NCBI GenBank assembly: GCA_964016885.1
Contig: OZ024741.1
Span: forward strand, 5,580,001-5,644,000
Origin: Eledone cirrhosa
Lineage: Eukaryota
Reading direction: 5' to 3'
DNA: 64,000 nucleotides
In this document: positions 40,708 through 55,700 of the stretch, one piece after another
How the letters are laid out: the number at the start of each line of letters is the position of its first letter
Numbering within the stretch: the first letter of the stretch is position 1
Translations under genes and position numbers: made by a program
The notes under the pieces: model-generated
Seen by the model: the letters and a program-made list of their open reading frames with translations, nothing else
Databases searched by the model: none
What the model was told of the DNA's origin: nothing

Positions 40708-43700
40708 TCCACTTGAGGTTATTACAGTGGTCCACTTGAGGAGGCTATTACAGTGGTCCACTTGAGGTTATTACAGTTGTCCACTTGAGGAAGCTATTAC
40801 AGTGGTCCACTTGAGGTTATTACAGTGGTCCACTTGAGGAGGCTATTACAGTGGTCCACTTGATGTTATTACAGTGGTCCACTTGTGGAGGTTATTACAG
40901 TGGTCCACTTGAGGGGGCTATTACAGTGGTCCACTTGAGAAGGTTATTACAGTGGTCCACTTGAGGTTATTACAGTGGTCCACTTGAGGAGTTTATTACA
41001 GTGGTCCACTTGAGGGGTTATTACAGTGGTCCACTTGAGAAGGTTATTACAGTGGTCCACTTGAGGAGGTTATTACAGTGGTCCACTTGATGTTATTACA
41101 GTGGTCCACTTGAGGAGGCTATTACATTGGTCCACTTGAGGAGGTTATTACAGTGGTCCACTTGAGGAGGCTATTACAGTGGTCTACTTGAGGTTATTAC
41201 AGTGGTCCACTTGAGGGGGTTATTACAGTGGTTCCACTTGAGGTTATTACAGTGGTCCACTTGAGGAGGTTATTACAGTGGTCCAATTGAGGAGGTTATT
41301 ACAGTGGTCCACTTGAGGTTATTACAGTGGACCAATTGAGGAGGTTATTACAGTGGTCCGCTTGAGGAGGTTATTACAGTGGTCCACTTGAGGTTATTAC
41401 AGTGGTCCACTTGAGGAGGTTATTACAGTGGTCCACTTGAGGTTATTACAGTGGTCCACTTGAGGAGGTTATTACAGTGGTCCGTTTGAGGAGGTTATTA
41501 CAGTGGTCCACTTGAGGTTATTACAGTGGTCCACTTGAGGAGGTTATTAAAGTGGTCCAATTGAGGAGGTTATTACAGTGGTCCACTTGAGGAGGTTATT
41601 ACAGTGGTCCACTTGAGGAGGTTATTACAGTGGTCCAATTGAGGAGGTTATTACAGTGGTCCACTTGAGGAGGTTATTACAATGGTCCAGTTGAGGTTAT
41701 TACAGTGGTACAATAGAGGAGGTTTTTACAGTGGTCCACTTGAGGTTATTACAGTGGTCCACTTGAGGAGGTTATTACAGTGGTCCACTTGAGGTTATTA
41801 CAGTGGTCCACTTGAGGAGGCTATTACAGTGGTCCACTTGAGGTTATTACAGTGGTCCACTTGAGGAGGTTATTACAGTGGTCCACTTGAGGTTATTACA
41901 GTGGTCCACTTGAGGAGGTTATTACAGTGGTCCAATTGAGGAGGTTATTACAGTGGTCCACTTGAGGTTATTACAGTAGGCCACTAGAGGAGGTTATTAC
42001 AGTGGTCCACTTGAGGTTATTACAGTGGTCCACTTGAGGAGGCTATTACAGTGGTCCACTTGAGGAGGTTATTACAGTGGTCCACTTGAGGAGGTTATTA
42101 CAGTAGTCCACTTGAGGTGGTTATTACAGTGGTCCACTTGAGGTGGTTATTACAGTGGTCCACTTGAGGAGGCTATTACAGTGGTCCACTTGAGGAGGTT
42201 ATTACAGTGGTCCACTTGAGGTTATTACAGTGGTCCACTTGAGGTTATTATAGTGGTCCACTTGAGGAGGCTATTACAGTGGTCCACTTGAGGTTATTAC
42301 AGTGGTCCACTTGAGGAGGCTATTAAAGTGGTCCACTTGAGGTTATTACAGTGATCCACTTGAGGAGGCTATTACAGTGGTCCACTTGAGGTTATTTCAG
42401 TGATCCACTTGAGGAGGTTATTACAGTGGTCCACTTGAGGTTATTACAGTGGTCCACTTGAGGTTATTACAGTGGTCCACTTGAGGGGGCTATTACAGTG
42501 GTCCACTTGAGAAGGTTATTACAGTGGTCAAGTTGAGGTTATTACAGTGGTCCCCTTGAGGAGGCTATTACAGTGGTCCACTTGAGAATGCTATTACAGT
42601 GGTCCACTTGAGGTTATTACAGTGGTCCACTTGAGAATGCTATTACATTGTCCACTTGAGAAGGTTATTACAGTGGTCCACTTGAGGTTATTACAGTGGA
42701 CCATTTGAGGAGGTTATTACAGTGCTCCACTTGAGGAGGTTATTACAGTGATCCACTTGAGGAGGCTATTACAGTGGTCCACTTGAGGAGGTTATTACAG
42801 TGGTCCACTTGAGGAGGTTATTACAGTGGTCCACTTGAGGTGGCTATTACAGTGGTTCACTTGAGGTTATTACAGTGGTCCAATTGAGGAGGTTATTACA
42901 GTGGTCCACTTGAGGTTATTACAGTGGTCCAATTGAGGAGGTTATTACAGTGGTCCACTTGAGGAGGCTATTACAGTGGTCCACTTGAGGTTATTACAGT
43001 GGTCCACTTGAGGAGGTTAATACAGTGGTCCACTTGAGGTTATTACAGTGGTCCACTTGAGGAGGCTATAACAGTGGTCCACTTGAGGAGGTTATTACAG
43101 TGGTCCACTTGAGGTTATTACAGTGGTCCACTTGTGGAGGCAATTACAGTGGTCCACTTGAGGTTATTACAGTGGTCCACTTGAGGAGGTTATTACAGTG
43201 GTCCACTTGAGGTTATTACAGTGGTCCAATTGAGGAGGCTATTACAGTGGTCCACTTGAGGTTATTACAGTGGTCCACTTGAGGAGGTTATTACAGTGGT
43301 CCACTTGAGGTTATTATAGTAGTCCACTTGAGGAGGCTATTACAGTGGTCCACTTGAGAAGGTTATTACAGTGGTCCACTTGAGGTTATTACAGTGGACC
43401 ATTTGAGGAGGTTATTACAGTGGTCCAATTGAGGAGGTTATTACAGTGGTCCACTTGAGGTTATTACAGTGGTCCACTTGAGGAGGTTATTACAGTGGTC
43501 CACTTGAGGTTATTACAGTGTTCCACTTGAGGTGGTTACTACAGTGGTCCATTTGAGGAGGTTATTACAGTGGTCCACTTGAGGTTATTACAGTGGTCCA
43601 CTTGAGGAGGCTATTACAGTGGTCCACTTAAGGTTATTAAAGTGGTCCACTTGAGGAGGTTATTACAGTGGCCCACTTGAGGAGGTTATTACAGTGGTCC

Positions 43701-46700
43701 ACTTGAGGCTATTACAGTGGTCCACTTGAGGAGGCCATTACAGTGGTCCACTTGAGGTTATTACAGTGGTCCACTTGAGGAGGTTATTACAGTGGTCCAC
43801 TTGAGGTTATTACAGTGGTCCACTTGAGGAGGTTATTACAGTGGTCCAATTGAGAAGGGTATTACAGTGGTCCACTTGAGGAGGCTATTACAGTGGTCCA
43901 CTTGAGAAGGTTATTACAGTGGCCCACTTGAGGTTATTACAGTGGTCCACTTGAGGATGTTTTTAGAGTTGTCCACTTGAGGAGGTTATTACAGTGGTCC
44001 AATTGAGAAGGTTATTACAGTGGTCCACTTTAGGTCATTCCAGTGGTCCACTTGAGGTGGTTATTACAGCGGTCCACTTGAGATTATTAAAGTAGTCCAA
44101 TTGAGGTTATTACAGTGGTCCACTTGAGGTTATTACAGTGGTCCACTTGAGGTTATTACAGTGGTCCACTTGTAGAGGTTATTACAGTGGTGCACTTCAG
44201 GTTATTACAGTGGTCCACATGAGGATTTTATTACAGTGGTCCACTTGAGGTGGCTATTACAGTGGTCCACTTGAGGAGGTTATTACAGTGGTCCACTTGA
44301 GGTTATTACAGTGGTCCACTTGAGGTTATTACAGTGGTCCACTTGAGAAGGTTATTACAGTGGTCCACTTGAGGAGGTTATTACAGTGGTCCACTTGGGG
44401 AGGTTATTACAGTGGTCCACTTGAGGAGGCTATTACAGTGGTCCACTTGAGGTTATTACAGTGGTCCACTTGAGGAGGTTATTACAGTGGTCCACTTGAG
44501 GAGGTTATTACAGTGGTCCACTTGAGGAGGTTATTACAGTGGTCCACTTGAGGAGGCTATTACAGTGGTCCACTTGAGGTTATTACAGTGGTCCACTTGA
44601 GGAGGTTATTACAGTGGTCCACTTGAGGAGGTTATTACAGTGGTCCACTTGAGGTTAATACAGTGGTCCACTTGAGGAGGTTATTACAGTGGTCCACTTG
44701 AGGATATTACAGTGGTCCATTTGAGGAGGTTATTACAGTGGTCCACTTGAGGAGGTTATTACAGTGGTCCACTTGAGGTTATTACAGTGGTCCACTTGTA
44801 GAGGTTATTACAGTGGTGCACTTCAGGTTATTACAGTGGTCCACATGAGGATTTTATTACAGTGGTCCACTTGAGGTAGCTATTACAGTGGTCCACTTGA
44901 GGTGGTTATTACAGTGGTCCACTTTAGGTTATTACAGTGGTCCACCTGAGGTTATTACAGTGGTCCACTTGAGGAGGTTATTACAGTGGTCCACTTCAGG
45001 TTATTACAGTGGTGCACTTGAGGAGCCTATTACAGTGGTCCACTTGAGGTTATTAAAGTGGTCCACTTGAGGAGGTTATTACAGTGGTCCACTTGAGGTT
45101 ATTACAGTGGTCCACGTGAGGAGGCTATTACAGTGGTCCACTTGAGGTGGCTATTACAGTGGAACACTTGAGGAGGCTATTACAGTGGTCCACTTGAGGT
45201 TATTACAGTGGTCCACTTGAGGAGGCTATTAAAGAGGTCCACTTGAGGTTATTACAGTGGTCTTCTTGATGTTATTACAGTGGTCCACTTGAAGTTATTA
45301 CAGTGGTCCACTTGAGGAGGCTATTACAGAGGTCCACTTGAGATTATTACGGTGGTCCACTTGAGGAGGTTATTACAGTGGTCCATTTAAGGAGGTTATT
45401 ACAGTGGTCCACTTGAGGAGACTATTACAGTGGTCCACTTGAGGAGGTTATTACAGTGGTCCACTTGAGGAGGTTATTACAGTGGTCCACTTGAGGTTAT
45501 TACAGTGGTCCAATTGAGAAGGTTATTACAGTGGTCCACTTGAGGAGGCTATTACAGTGGTCCACTTGAGGAGGTTATTACAGTGGTCCATTTGAGCTCA
45601 TTACAGTGGTCCACTTGAGGAGGTTATTACAGTGGTCCACTTGAGGAGGTTATTACAGTGGTCCACTTGAGTTTATTACAGTGGTCCACTTGAGGAGGCT
45701 ATTACAGTGGTCCACTTGAGTTTATTACAGTGGTCCACTTGAGGAGGCTATTACAGTGGTCCATTTGAGGTTATTACAGTGGTCCACTTGAGGAGGTTAT
45801 TACACTGGTCCACTTGAGGTTATTACAGTGGTCCACTTGAGGTTATTACAGTGGTCCACTTGAGGAGGCTATTACAGTGGTCCACTTGAGGTTATTACAG
45901 TGAGCCACTTGGGGAGGTTATTACAGTGGTCCACTTGAGGTTATTACAGTGGTCCACTTGAGGTTATTACAGTGGTCCACTTGAGGAGGCTATTACAGTG
46001 GTCCACTTTAGGTTATTACAGTTGTCCACTTGAGGAAGCTATTACAGTGGTCCACTTGAGGAGGCTATTACAGTGGTCCACTTGAGGTTATTACAGTGGT
46101 CCACTTGAGGTTATTACAGTGGTCCACTTGAGGAGGCTATTACAGTGGTCCACTTGATGTTATTACAGTGGTCCACTTGTGGAGGTTATTACAGTGGTCC
46201 ACTTGAGGTTATTACAGTGGTCGACTTGAGGTTATTACAGTGGTCCACTTGAGGGGGCTATTACAGTGGTCCACTCGAGAAGGTTGTTACAGAGGTCCAC
46301 TTGAGGTTATTACAGTGGTCCACTTGAGGAGTTTATTACAGTGGTCCACTTGAGGAGTTATTACAGTGGTCCACTTGAGAAGGTTATTACAGTGGTCCAC
46401 TTGAGGAGGTTATTACAGTGGTCCACTTGATGTTATTACAGTGGTCCACTTGAGGAGGCTATTACAGTGGTCCACTTGAGGAGGTTATTACAGTGGTCCA
46501 CTTGAGGAGGCTATTACAGTGGTCTACTTGAGGTTATTACAGTGGTCCACTTGAGGGGGTTATTACAGTGGTCCACTTGAGGTTATTACAGTGGTCCACT
46601 TGAGGAGGTTATTACAGTGGTCCAATTGAGGAGGTTATTACAGTGGTCCACTTGAGGTTATTACAGTGGACCAATTGAGGAGGTTATTACAGTGGTCCGC

Positions 46701-49700
46701 TTAAGGAGATTATTACAGTGGTCCACTTGAGGTTATTACAGTGGTCCACTTGAGGAGGTTATTACAGTGGTCCACTTGATGTTATTACAGTGGTCCACTT
46801 GAGGAGGTTATTACAGTGGTCCGTTTGAGGAGGTTATTACAGTGGTCCACTTGAGGTTATTACAGTGGTCCACTTGAGGAGGTTATTACAGTGGTCCAAT
46901 TGAGGAGGTTATTACAGTGGTCCACTTGAGGAGGTTATTACAGTAGTCCACTTGAGGAGGTTATTACAGTGGTCCAGTTGAGGTTATTACAGTGGTACAC
47001 TAGAGGTGGTTATTACAGTGGTCCACTTGAGGTTATTACAGTGGTCCACTTGAGGAGGTTATTACAGTGGTCCACTTGAGGTTATTACAGTGGTCCACTT
47101 GAGGAGGCTATTACAGTGGTCCACTTGAGGTTATTACAGTGGTCCTCTTGAGGAGGTTATTACAGTGGTCCACTTGAGGTTATTACAGTGGTCCACTTGA
47201 GGAGGTTATTACAGTGGTCCACTTGAGGTTATTACAGTGGTCCACTTGAGGTTATTACAGTGGGCCACTAGAGGAGGTTATTACAGTGGTCCACTTGAGG
47301 TTATTACAGTGGTCCACTTGAGGAGGCTATTACAGTGGTCCACTTGAGGTGCTTATTACAGTGGTCCACTTGAGGAGGTTATTACAGTGGTCCACTTGAG
47401 GAGGTTATTACAGTGGTCCAATTGAGAAGGTTATTACAGTGGTCCACTTGAGGTGGTTATTACAGTGGTCCACTTGAGGAGGCTATTACAGTGGTCCACT
47501 TGAGGAGGTTATTACAGTGGTCCACTTGAGGTTATTACAGTGGTCCACTTGAGGTTATTATAGTGGTCCACTTGAGGAGGCTATTACAGTGGTCCACTTG
47601 AGGTTATTACAGTGGTCCACTTGAAGAGGCTATTAAAGTGGTCCACTTGAGGTTATTACAGTGATCCACTTGAGGAGGCTATTACAGTGGTCCACTTGAG
47701 GTTATTTCAGTGATCCACTTGAGGAGGTTATTACAGTGGTCCACTTGAGGTTATTACAGTGGTCCACTTGAGGTTATTACAGTGGTCCACTTGAGGGGAC
47801 TATTACAGTGGTCCACTTGAGAAGTTTATTACAGTGGTCCACTTGAGAAGGTTATTACAGTGGTCCCCTTGAGGTTATTACAGTGGTCCACTTGAGGTTA
47901 TTACATTGGTCCACTTGAGGAGGTTATTACAGTGGTCCACTTGAGAAGGCTATTACAGTGGTCCACTTGAGAAGGTTATTACAGTGGTCCCCTTGAGGTT
48001 ATTACAATGGTCCACTTGAGGTTATTACAGTGGTCCACTTGAGGAGGTTATTACAGTGGTCCACTTGAGGTTATTACAGTGTTCCACTTGAGGTGGTTAC
48101 TACAGTGGTCCACTTGAGGAGGTTATTACAGTGGTCCACTTGAGGTTATTACAGTGGTCCACTTGAGGAGGCTATTACAGTGGTCCACTTAAGGTTATTA
48201 CAGTGGTCCACTTGAGGAGGATATTACAATGGCCCACTTGAGGAGGTTATTACAGTGGTCCACTTGAGGCTATTACAGTGGTCCACTTGAGGAGGCCATT
48301 ACAGTGGTCCACTTAAGGTTATTACAGTGGTCCACTTGAGGAGGCTATTACAGCGGTCCACTTGAGGTTATTACAGTGGTCCACTTGAGGAGGTTATTAC
48401 AGTGGTCCACTTGAGGTTATTACAGTGGTCCACTTGAGGAGGCTATTACAGTGGTCCACTTGAGAAGGTTATTACAGTGGCCCACTTGAGGTTATTACAG
48501 TGGTCCACTTGAGGTTACTACAGTGGTCCACTTGAGGAGGTTATTACAGTGGTCCACTTGAGGTTATTACAGTGGTCCACTTGAGGAGGTTATTACAGTG
48601 GTCCACTTGAGGTTATTACAGTGGTCCACTTGAGGAGGCTATTACAGCGGTCCACTTGAGGTTATTACAGTGGTCCACTTGAGGAGGTTATTACAGTGGT
48701 CCACTTGAGGTTATTACAGTGGTCCACTTGAGGAGGCTATTACAGTGGTCCACTTGAGAAGGTTATTACAGTGGCCCACTTGAGGTTATTACAGTGGTCC
48801 ACTTGAGGTTATTACAGTGGTCCACTTGAGGAGGTTATTACAGTGGTCCACTTGAGGTTATTACAGTGGTCCACTTGAGGAGGCTATTACAGTGGTCCAC
48901 TTGAGGTTATTACAGTGGTCCACTTGAGGAGGTTATTACAGTGGTCCACTTGGGGAGGTTATTACAGTGGTCCACTTGAGGAGGCTATTACAGTGGTCCA
49001 CTTGAGGTTATTACAGTGGTCCACTTGAGGAGGTTATTACAGTGGTCCACTTGAGGAGGCTATTACAGTGGTCCACTTGAGGTTATTACAGTGGTCCACT
49101 TGAGGAGGTTATTACAGTGGTCCACTTGGGGAGGTTATTACAGTGGTCCACTTGAGGAGGCTATTACAGTGGTCCACTTGAGGTTATTACATTGGTCCAC
49201 TTGAGGAGGGTATTACAGTGGTCCACTTGGGGAGGTTATTACAGTGGTCCACTTGAGGAGGCTATTACAGTGGTCCACTTGAGGTTATTACAGTGGTCCA
49301 CTTGAGGAGGTTATTACAGTGGTCCACTTGAGGTTAATACAGTGGTCCACTTGAGGAGGTTATTACAGTGGTCCACTTGAGGTTATTACAGTTGTCCATT
49401 TGAGGAGGTTATTACAGTGGTCCACTTGAGGAGGTTATTACAGTGGTCCACTTCAGGTTATCACAGTGGTCCACTTGTAGAGGTTATTACAGTGGTGCAC
49501 TTCAGGTTATTACAGTGGTCCACATGAGGATTTTATTACAGTGGTCCACTTGAGGTAGCTATTACAGTGGTCCACTTGAGGAGGTTATTACAGTGGTCCA
49601 CTTTAGGTTATTACAGTGGTCCACCTGAGGTTATTACAGTGGTCCACTTGAGGAGGTTATTACAGTGGTCCACTTCAGGTTATTACAGTGGTGCACTTGA

Positions 49701-52700
49701 GGAGCCTATTACAGTGGTCCACTTGAGGTTATTAAAGTGGTCCACTTGAGGAGGTTATTACAGTGGTACATTTTAGGTGGCTATTACAGTGGTCCACTTG
49801 AGGAGGTTATTACAGTGGTCCACTTGAGGAGGTTATTACAGTGGTCCACTTGAGGTTATTACAGTGGTCCACGTGAGGACGCTATTACAGTGGGTGGTCC
49901 ACTTGAGGTGGCTATTACAGTGGTCCACTTGAGGTTATTACAGTGGTCCAATTGAGAAGGTTATTACAGTGGTCCACTTGAGGAGGCTATTACAGTGGTC
50001 CACTTGAGGAGGTTATTACAGTGGTCCATTTGAGCTCATTACAGTGGTCCACTTGAGGAAGTTATTACAGTGGTCCACTTGAGGAGGTTATTACAGTGGT
50101 CCACTTGAAGTTATTACAGTGGTCCACGTGAGGAGGCTATTACAGTGGTCCACTTGAGGTGGCTATTACAGTGGTCCACTTGACGAGGTTATTACAGTAG
50201 TCCACTTGAGGAGGCTATTACAGTGGTCCACTTGAGGAGGCTATTACAGTGGTCCACTTGAGGTTATTACAGTGGTCCACTTGAGGAGGTTATTACAGTG
50301 GTCCACTTGAGGTTATTACAGTGTTCCACTTGAGGTGGTTACTACAGTGGTCCACTTGAGGAGGTTATTACAGTGGTCCACTTGAGGAGGCTATTACAGT
50401 GGTCCACTTGAGGTTATTTCAGTGATCCACTTGAGGAGGTTATTACAGTGGTCCACTTGAGGTTATTACAGTGGTCCACTTGAGGGGGTTATTACAGTGG
50501 TCCACTTGAGAAGGTTATTACAGTGGTCAAGTTGAGGTTATTACAGTGATCCCCTTGAGGAGGCTATTACAGTGGTCCACTTGAGGAGGTTATTACAGTG
50601 GTCCACTTGAGAAGGCTATTACAGTGGTCCACTTGAGAAGGTTATTACAGTGGTCCACTTGAGGTTATTACAGTGGACCATTTGAGGAGGTTATTACAGT
50701 GGTCCAATTGAGGAGGTTATTACAGTGGTCCACTTGAGGTTATTACAGTGGTCCACTTGAGGAGGTTATTACAGTGGTCCACTTGAGGTTATTACAGTGT
50801 TCCACTTGAGGTGGTTACTACAGTGGTCCACTTGAGGAGGTTATTACAGTGGTCCACTTGAGGTTATTACAGTGGTCCACTTGAGGAGGCTATTACAGTG
50901 GTCCACTTAAGGTTATTAAAGTGGTCCACTTGAGGAGGTTATTACAGTGGCCCACTTGAGGAGGTTATTACAGTGGTCCACTTGAGGCTATTACAGTGGT
51001 CCACTTGAGGAGGCCATTACAGTGGTCCACTTGAGGTTATTACAGTGGTTCACTTGAGGAGGCTATTACAGCGGTCCACTTGAGGTTATTACAGTGGTCC
51101 ACTTGAGGAGGTTATTACAGTGGTCCACTTGAGGTTATTACAGTGGTCCACTTGAGGAGGTTATTACAGTGGTCCAATTGAGAAGGGTATTACAGTGGTC
51201 CACTTGAGGAGGCTATTACAGTGGTCCACTTGAGAAGGTTATTACAGTGGCCCACTTGAGGTTATTACAGTGGTCCACTTGAGGATGTTTTTAGAGTTGT
51301 CCACTTGAGGAGGTTATTACAGTGGTCCAATTGAGAAGGTTATTACAGTGGTCCACTTGAGGTCATTACAGTGGTCCACTTGAGGTGGTTATTACAGCGG
51401 TCCACTTGAGGTTATTAAAGTAGTCCAATTGAGGTTATTACAGTGGTCCACTTGAGGTTATTACAGTGGTCCACTTGAGGTTATTACAGTGGTCCACATG
51501 TAGAGGTTATTACAGTGGTGCACTTCAGGTTATTACAGTGGTCCACATGAGGATTTTATTACAGTGGTCCACTTGAGGAGGTTATTACAGTGGTCCAGTT
51601 GAGGTTATTACAGTGGTACACTAGAGGAGGTTATTACAGTGGTCCACTTGAGGTTATTACAGTGGTCCACTTGAGGAGGTTATTACAGTGGTCCACTTGA
51701 GGTTATTACAGTGGTCCACTTGAGGAGGCTATTACAGTGGACAACTTGAGGTTATTACAGTGGTCCACTTGAGGAGGTTATTACAGTGGTCCACTTGAGG
51801 TTATTACAGTGGTCCACTTGAGGAGGTTATTACAGTGGTCCAATTGAGGAGGTTATTACAGTGGTCCACTTGAGGTTATTACAGTGGGCCACTAGAGGAG
51901 GTTATTACAGTGGTCCACTTGAGGTTATTACAGTGGTCCACTTGAGGAGGCTATTACAGTGGTCCACTTGAGGAGGTTATTACAGTGGTCCACTTGAGGA
52001 GGTTATTACAGTAGTCCACTTGAGGTGGTTATTACAGTGGTCCACTTGAGGTGGTTATTACAGTGGTCCACTTGAGGAGGCTATTACAGTGGTCCACTTG
52101 AGGAGGTTATTACAGTGGTCCACTTGAGGTTATTACAGTGGTCCACTTGAGGTTATTATAGTGGTTCACTTGAGGAGGCTATTACAGTGGTCCACTTGAG
52201 GTTATTACAGTGGTCCACTTGAGGAGGCTATTAAAGTGGTCCACTTGAGGTTATTACAGTGATCCACTTGAGGAGGCTATTACAGTGGTCCACTTGAGGT
52301 TATTTCAGTGATCCACTTGAGGAGGTTATTACAGTGGTCCACTTGAGGTTATTACAGTGGTCCACTTGAGGTTATTACAGTGGTCCACTTGAGGGGGCTA
52401 TTACAGTGGTCCACTTGAGAAGGTTATTACAGTGGTCAAGTTGAGGTTATTACAGTGGTCCCCTTGAGGAGGCTATTACAGTGGTCCACTTGAGAAGGCT
52501 ATTACAGTGGTCCACTTGAGAAGGTTATTACAGTGGTCCACTTGAGGTTATTACAGTGGACCATTTGAGGAGGTTATTATAGTGCTCCACTTGAGGAGGT
52601 TATTACAGTGGTCCACTTGAGGAGGTTATTACAGTGGTCCACTTGAGGAGGTTATTACAGTGGTCCACTTGAGGAGGTTATTACAGTGGTCCACTTGAGG

Positions 52701-55700
52701 TGGCTATTACAGTGGTTCACTTGAGGTTATTACATTGGTCCAATTGAGGAGGTTATTACAGTGGTCCACTTGAGGTTATTACAGTGGTCCAATTGAGGAG
52801 GTTATTACAGTGGTCCACTTGAGGAGGCTATTACAGTGGTCCACTTGAGGTTATTACAGTGGTCCACTTGAGGAGGTTAATACAGTGGTCCACTTGAGTT
52901 TATTACAGTGGTCCACTTGAGGAGGCTATTACAGTGGTCCACTTGAGGAGGTTATTACAGTGGTCCACTTGAGGTTATTACAGTGGTCCACTTGTGGAGG
53001 CTATTACAGTGGTCCACTTGAGGTTATTACAGTGGTCCACTTGAGGAGGTTATTACAGTGGTCCACTTGAGGTTATTACAGTGGTCCACTTGAGGAGGCT
53101 ATTACAGTGGTCCATTTGAGGTTATTACAGTGGTCCACTTGAGGAGGTTATTACAGTGGTCCACTTGAGGTTATTACAGTGGTCCACTTGAGGTTATTAC
53201 AGTTGTCCACTTGATGTTATTACAGTGGTCCACTTGAGGAGGCTATTACAGTGGTCCACTTGAGGTTATTACAGTGATCCACTTGAGGAGGTTATTACAG
53301 TGGTCCATTTGAGGTTATTACAGTGATCCACTTGAGGTTATTACAGTGGTCCACTTGAGGAGGCTATTACAGTGGTCCACTTGAGGTTATTACAGTTGTC
53401 CACTTGAGGAAGCTATTACAGTGGTCCACTTGAGGTTATTACAGTGGTCCACTTGAGGAGGCTATTAGAGTGGTCCACTTGAGGTTATTACAGTGGTCCA
53501 CTTCAGGTTATTACAGTGGTCCACTTGAGGAGGCTATTACAGTGGTCCACTTGATGTTATTACAGTGGTCCACTTGTGGAGGTTATTACAGTGGTCCACT
53601 TGAGGTTATTACAGTGGTCGACTTGAGGTTATTACAGTGGTCCACTTGTGGAGGTTATTACAATGGTCCACTTGAGGAGGTTATTACAGTGGTCCACTTG
53701 AGGTTATTACAGTGGTCCACTTGAGGAGGTTATTACAGTGGTCCACTTGAGGTTATTACAGTGGTCCACTTGAGGATTTTATTACAGTGGTCCACTTGAG
53801 GTTATTACAATGGTCCACATGAGGATTTTATTACAGTGTTCCACTTGAGGAGGTTATTACAGTGGTCCACTTGAGGAGGTTATTACAGTGGTCCACTTGA
53901 GATTATTACAGTGGTCCACTTGAGGTTATTACAGTGGTCCACTTGAGGTGGCTATTAAAGTGGTCCACTTGTGGACGTTATTACAGTGGTCCACTTGAGG
54001 TTATTACAGTGGTCCACTTGAGGTGGCTATTACAGTGGTCCACTTGAGGAGGCTATTACAGTGGTCCACTTGAGGAGGTTATTACAGTGGTCCACTTGAG
54101 GAGGTTATTACAGTGGTCCACTTGAGGTTATTACAGTGGTCCAATTGAGGAGGTTATTACAGTGGTCCACTTGAGGAGGTTATTACAGTGGTCCACTTGA
54201 GGTTATTACAGTGTTCCACTTGAGGTGGTTACTACAGTGGTCCACTTGAGGAGGTTATTACAGTGGTCCACTTGAGGTTATTACAGTGGTCCACTTGAGG
54301 AGGCTATTACAGTGGTCCACTTAAGGTTATTACAGTGGTCCACTTGAGGAGGTTATTACAGTGGCCCAGTTGAGGAGGTTATTACAGTGGTCCACTTGAG
54401 GCTATTACAGTGGTCCACTTGAGGAGGCCATTACAGTGGTCCACTTGAGGTTATTACAGTGGTCCACTTGAGGAGGCTATTACAGCGGTCCAATTGAGGT
54501 TATTACAGTGGTCCACTTGAGGAGGTTATTACAGTGGTCCACTTGAGGTTATTACAGTGGTCCACTTGAGGAGGCTATTACAGTGGTCCACTTGAGAAGG
54601 TTATTACAGTGGCCCACTTGAGGTTATTACAGTGGTCCACTTGAGGATGTTTTTAGAGTTGTCAACTTGAGGAGGTTATTACAGTGGTCCAATTGAGAAG
54701 GGTATTACAGTGGTCCACTTGAGGAGGCTATTACAGTGGTCCACTTGAGAAGGTCATTACAGTGGCCCACTTGAGGTTATTACAGTGGTCCACTTGAGGA
54801 TGTTTTTAGAGTTGTCCACTTGAGGAGGTTATTACAGTGGTCCAATTGATAAGGTTATTACAGTGGTCCACTTGAGGTCATTACAGTGGTCCACTTGAGG
54901 TGGTTATTACAGCGGTCCACTTGAGGTTATTAAAGTAGTCCAATTGAGGTTATTACAGTGGTCCACTTGAGGTTATTCCAGTGGTCCACTTGAGGAGGTT
55001 ATTACAGTGGTCCACTTGAGGTTATTACAGTGGTCCACTTGAGGTTATTACAGTGGTCCACTTGTAGGGGTTATTACAGTGGTGCACTTCAGGTTATTAC
55101 AGTGGTCCACATGAGGATTTTATTACAGTGGTCCACTTGAGGTGGCTATTACAGTGGTCCACTTGAGGAGGTTATTACAGTGGTCCACTTGAGGTTATTA
55201 CAGTGGTCCACTTGAGGTTATTACAGTGGTCCACTTGAGAAGGTTATTACAGTGGTCCACTTGAGGAGGTTATTACAATGGTCCACTTGGGGAGGTTATT
55301 ACAGTGGTCCTCTTGAGGAGGCTATTACAGTGGTCCACTTGAGGTTATTACAGTGGTCCACTTGAGGAGGTTATTACAGTGGTCCACTTGAGGAGGCTAT
55401 TACAGTGGTCCACTTGAGGTTATTACAGTGGTCCACTTGAGGAGGTTATTACAGTGGTCCACTTGAGGAGGTTATTACAGTGGTCCACTTGAGGTTAATA
55501 CAGAGGTCCACTTGAGGAGGTTATTACAGTGGTCCACTTGAGGTTATTACAGTGGTCCATTTGAGGAGGTTATTACAGTGGTCCACTTGAGGAGGTTATT
55601 ACAGTGGTCCACTTGAGGTTATTACAGTGGTCCACTTGTAGAGGTTATTACAGTGGTGCACTTCAGGTTATTACAGTGGTCCACATGAGGATTTTATTAC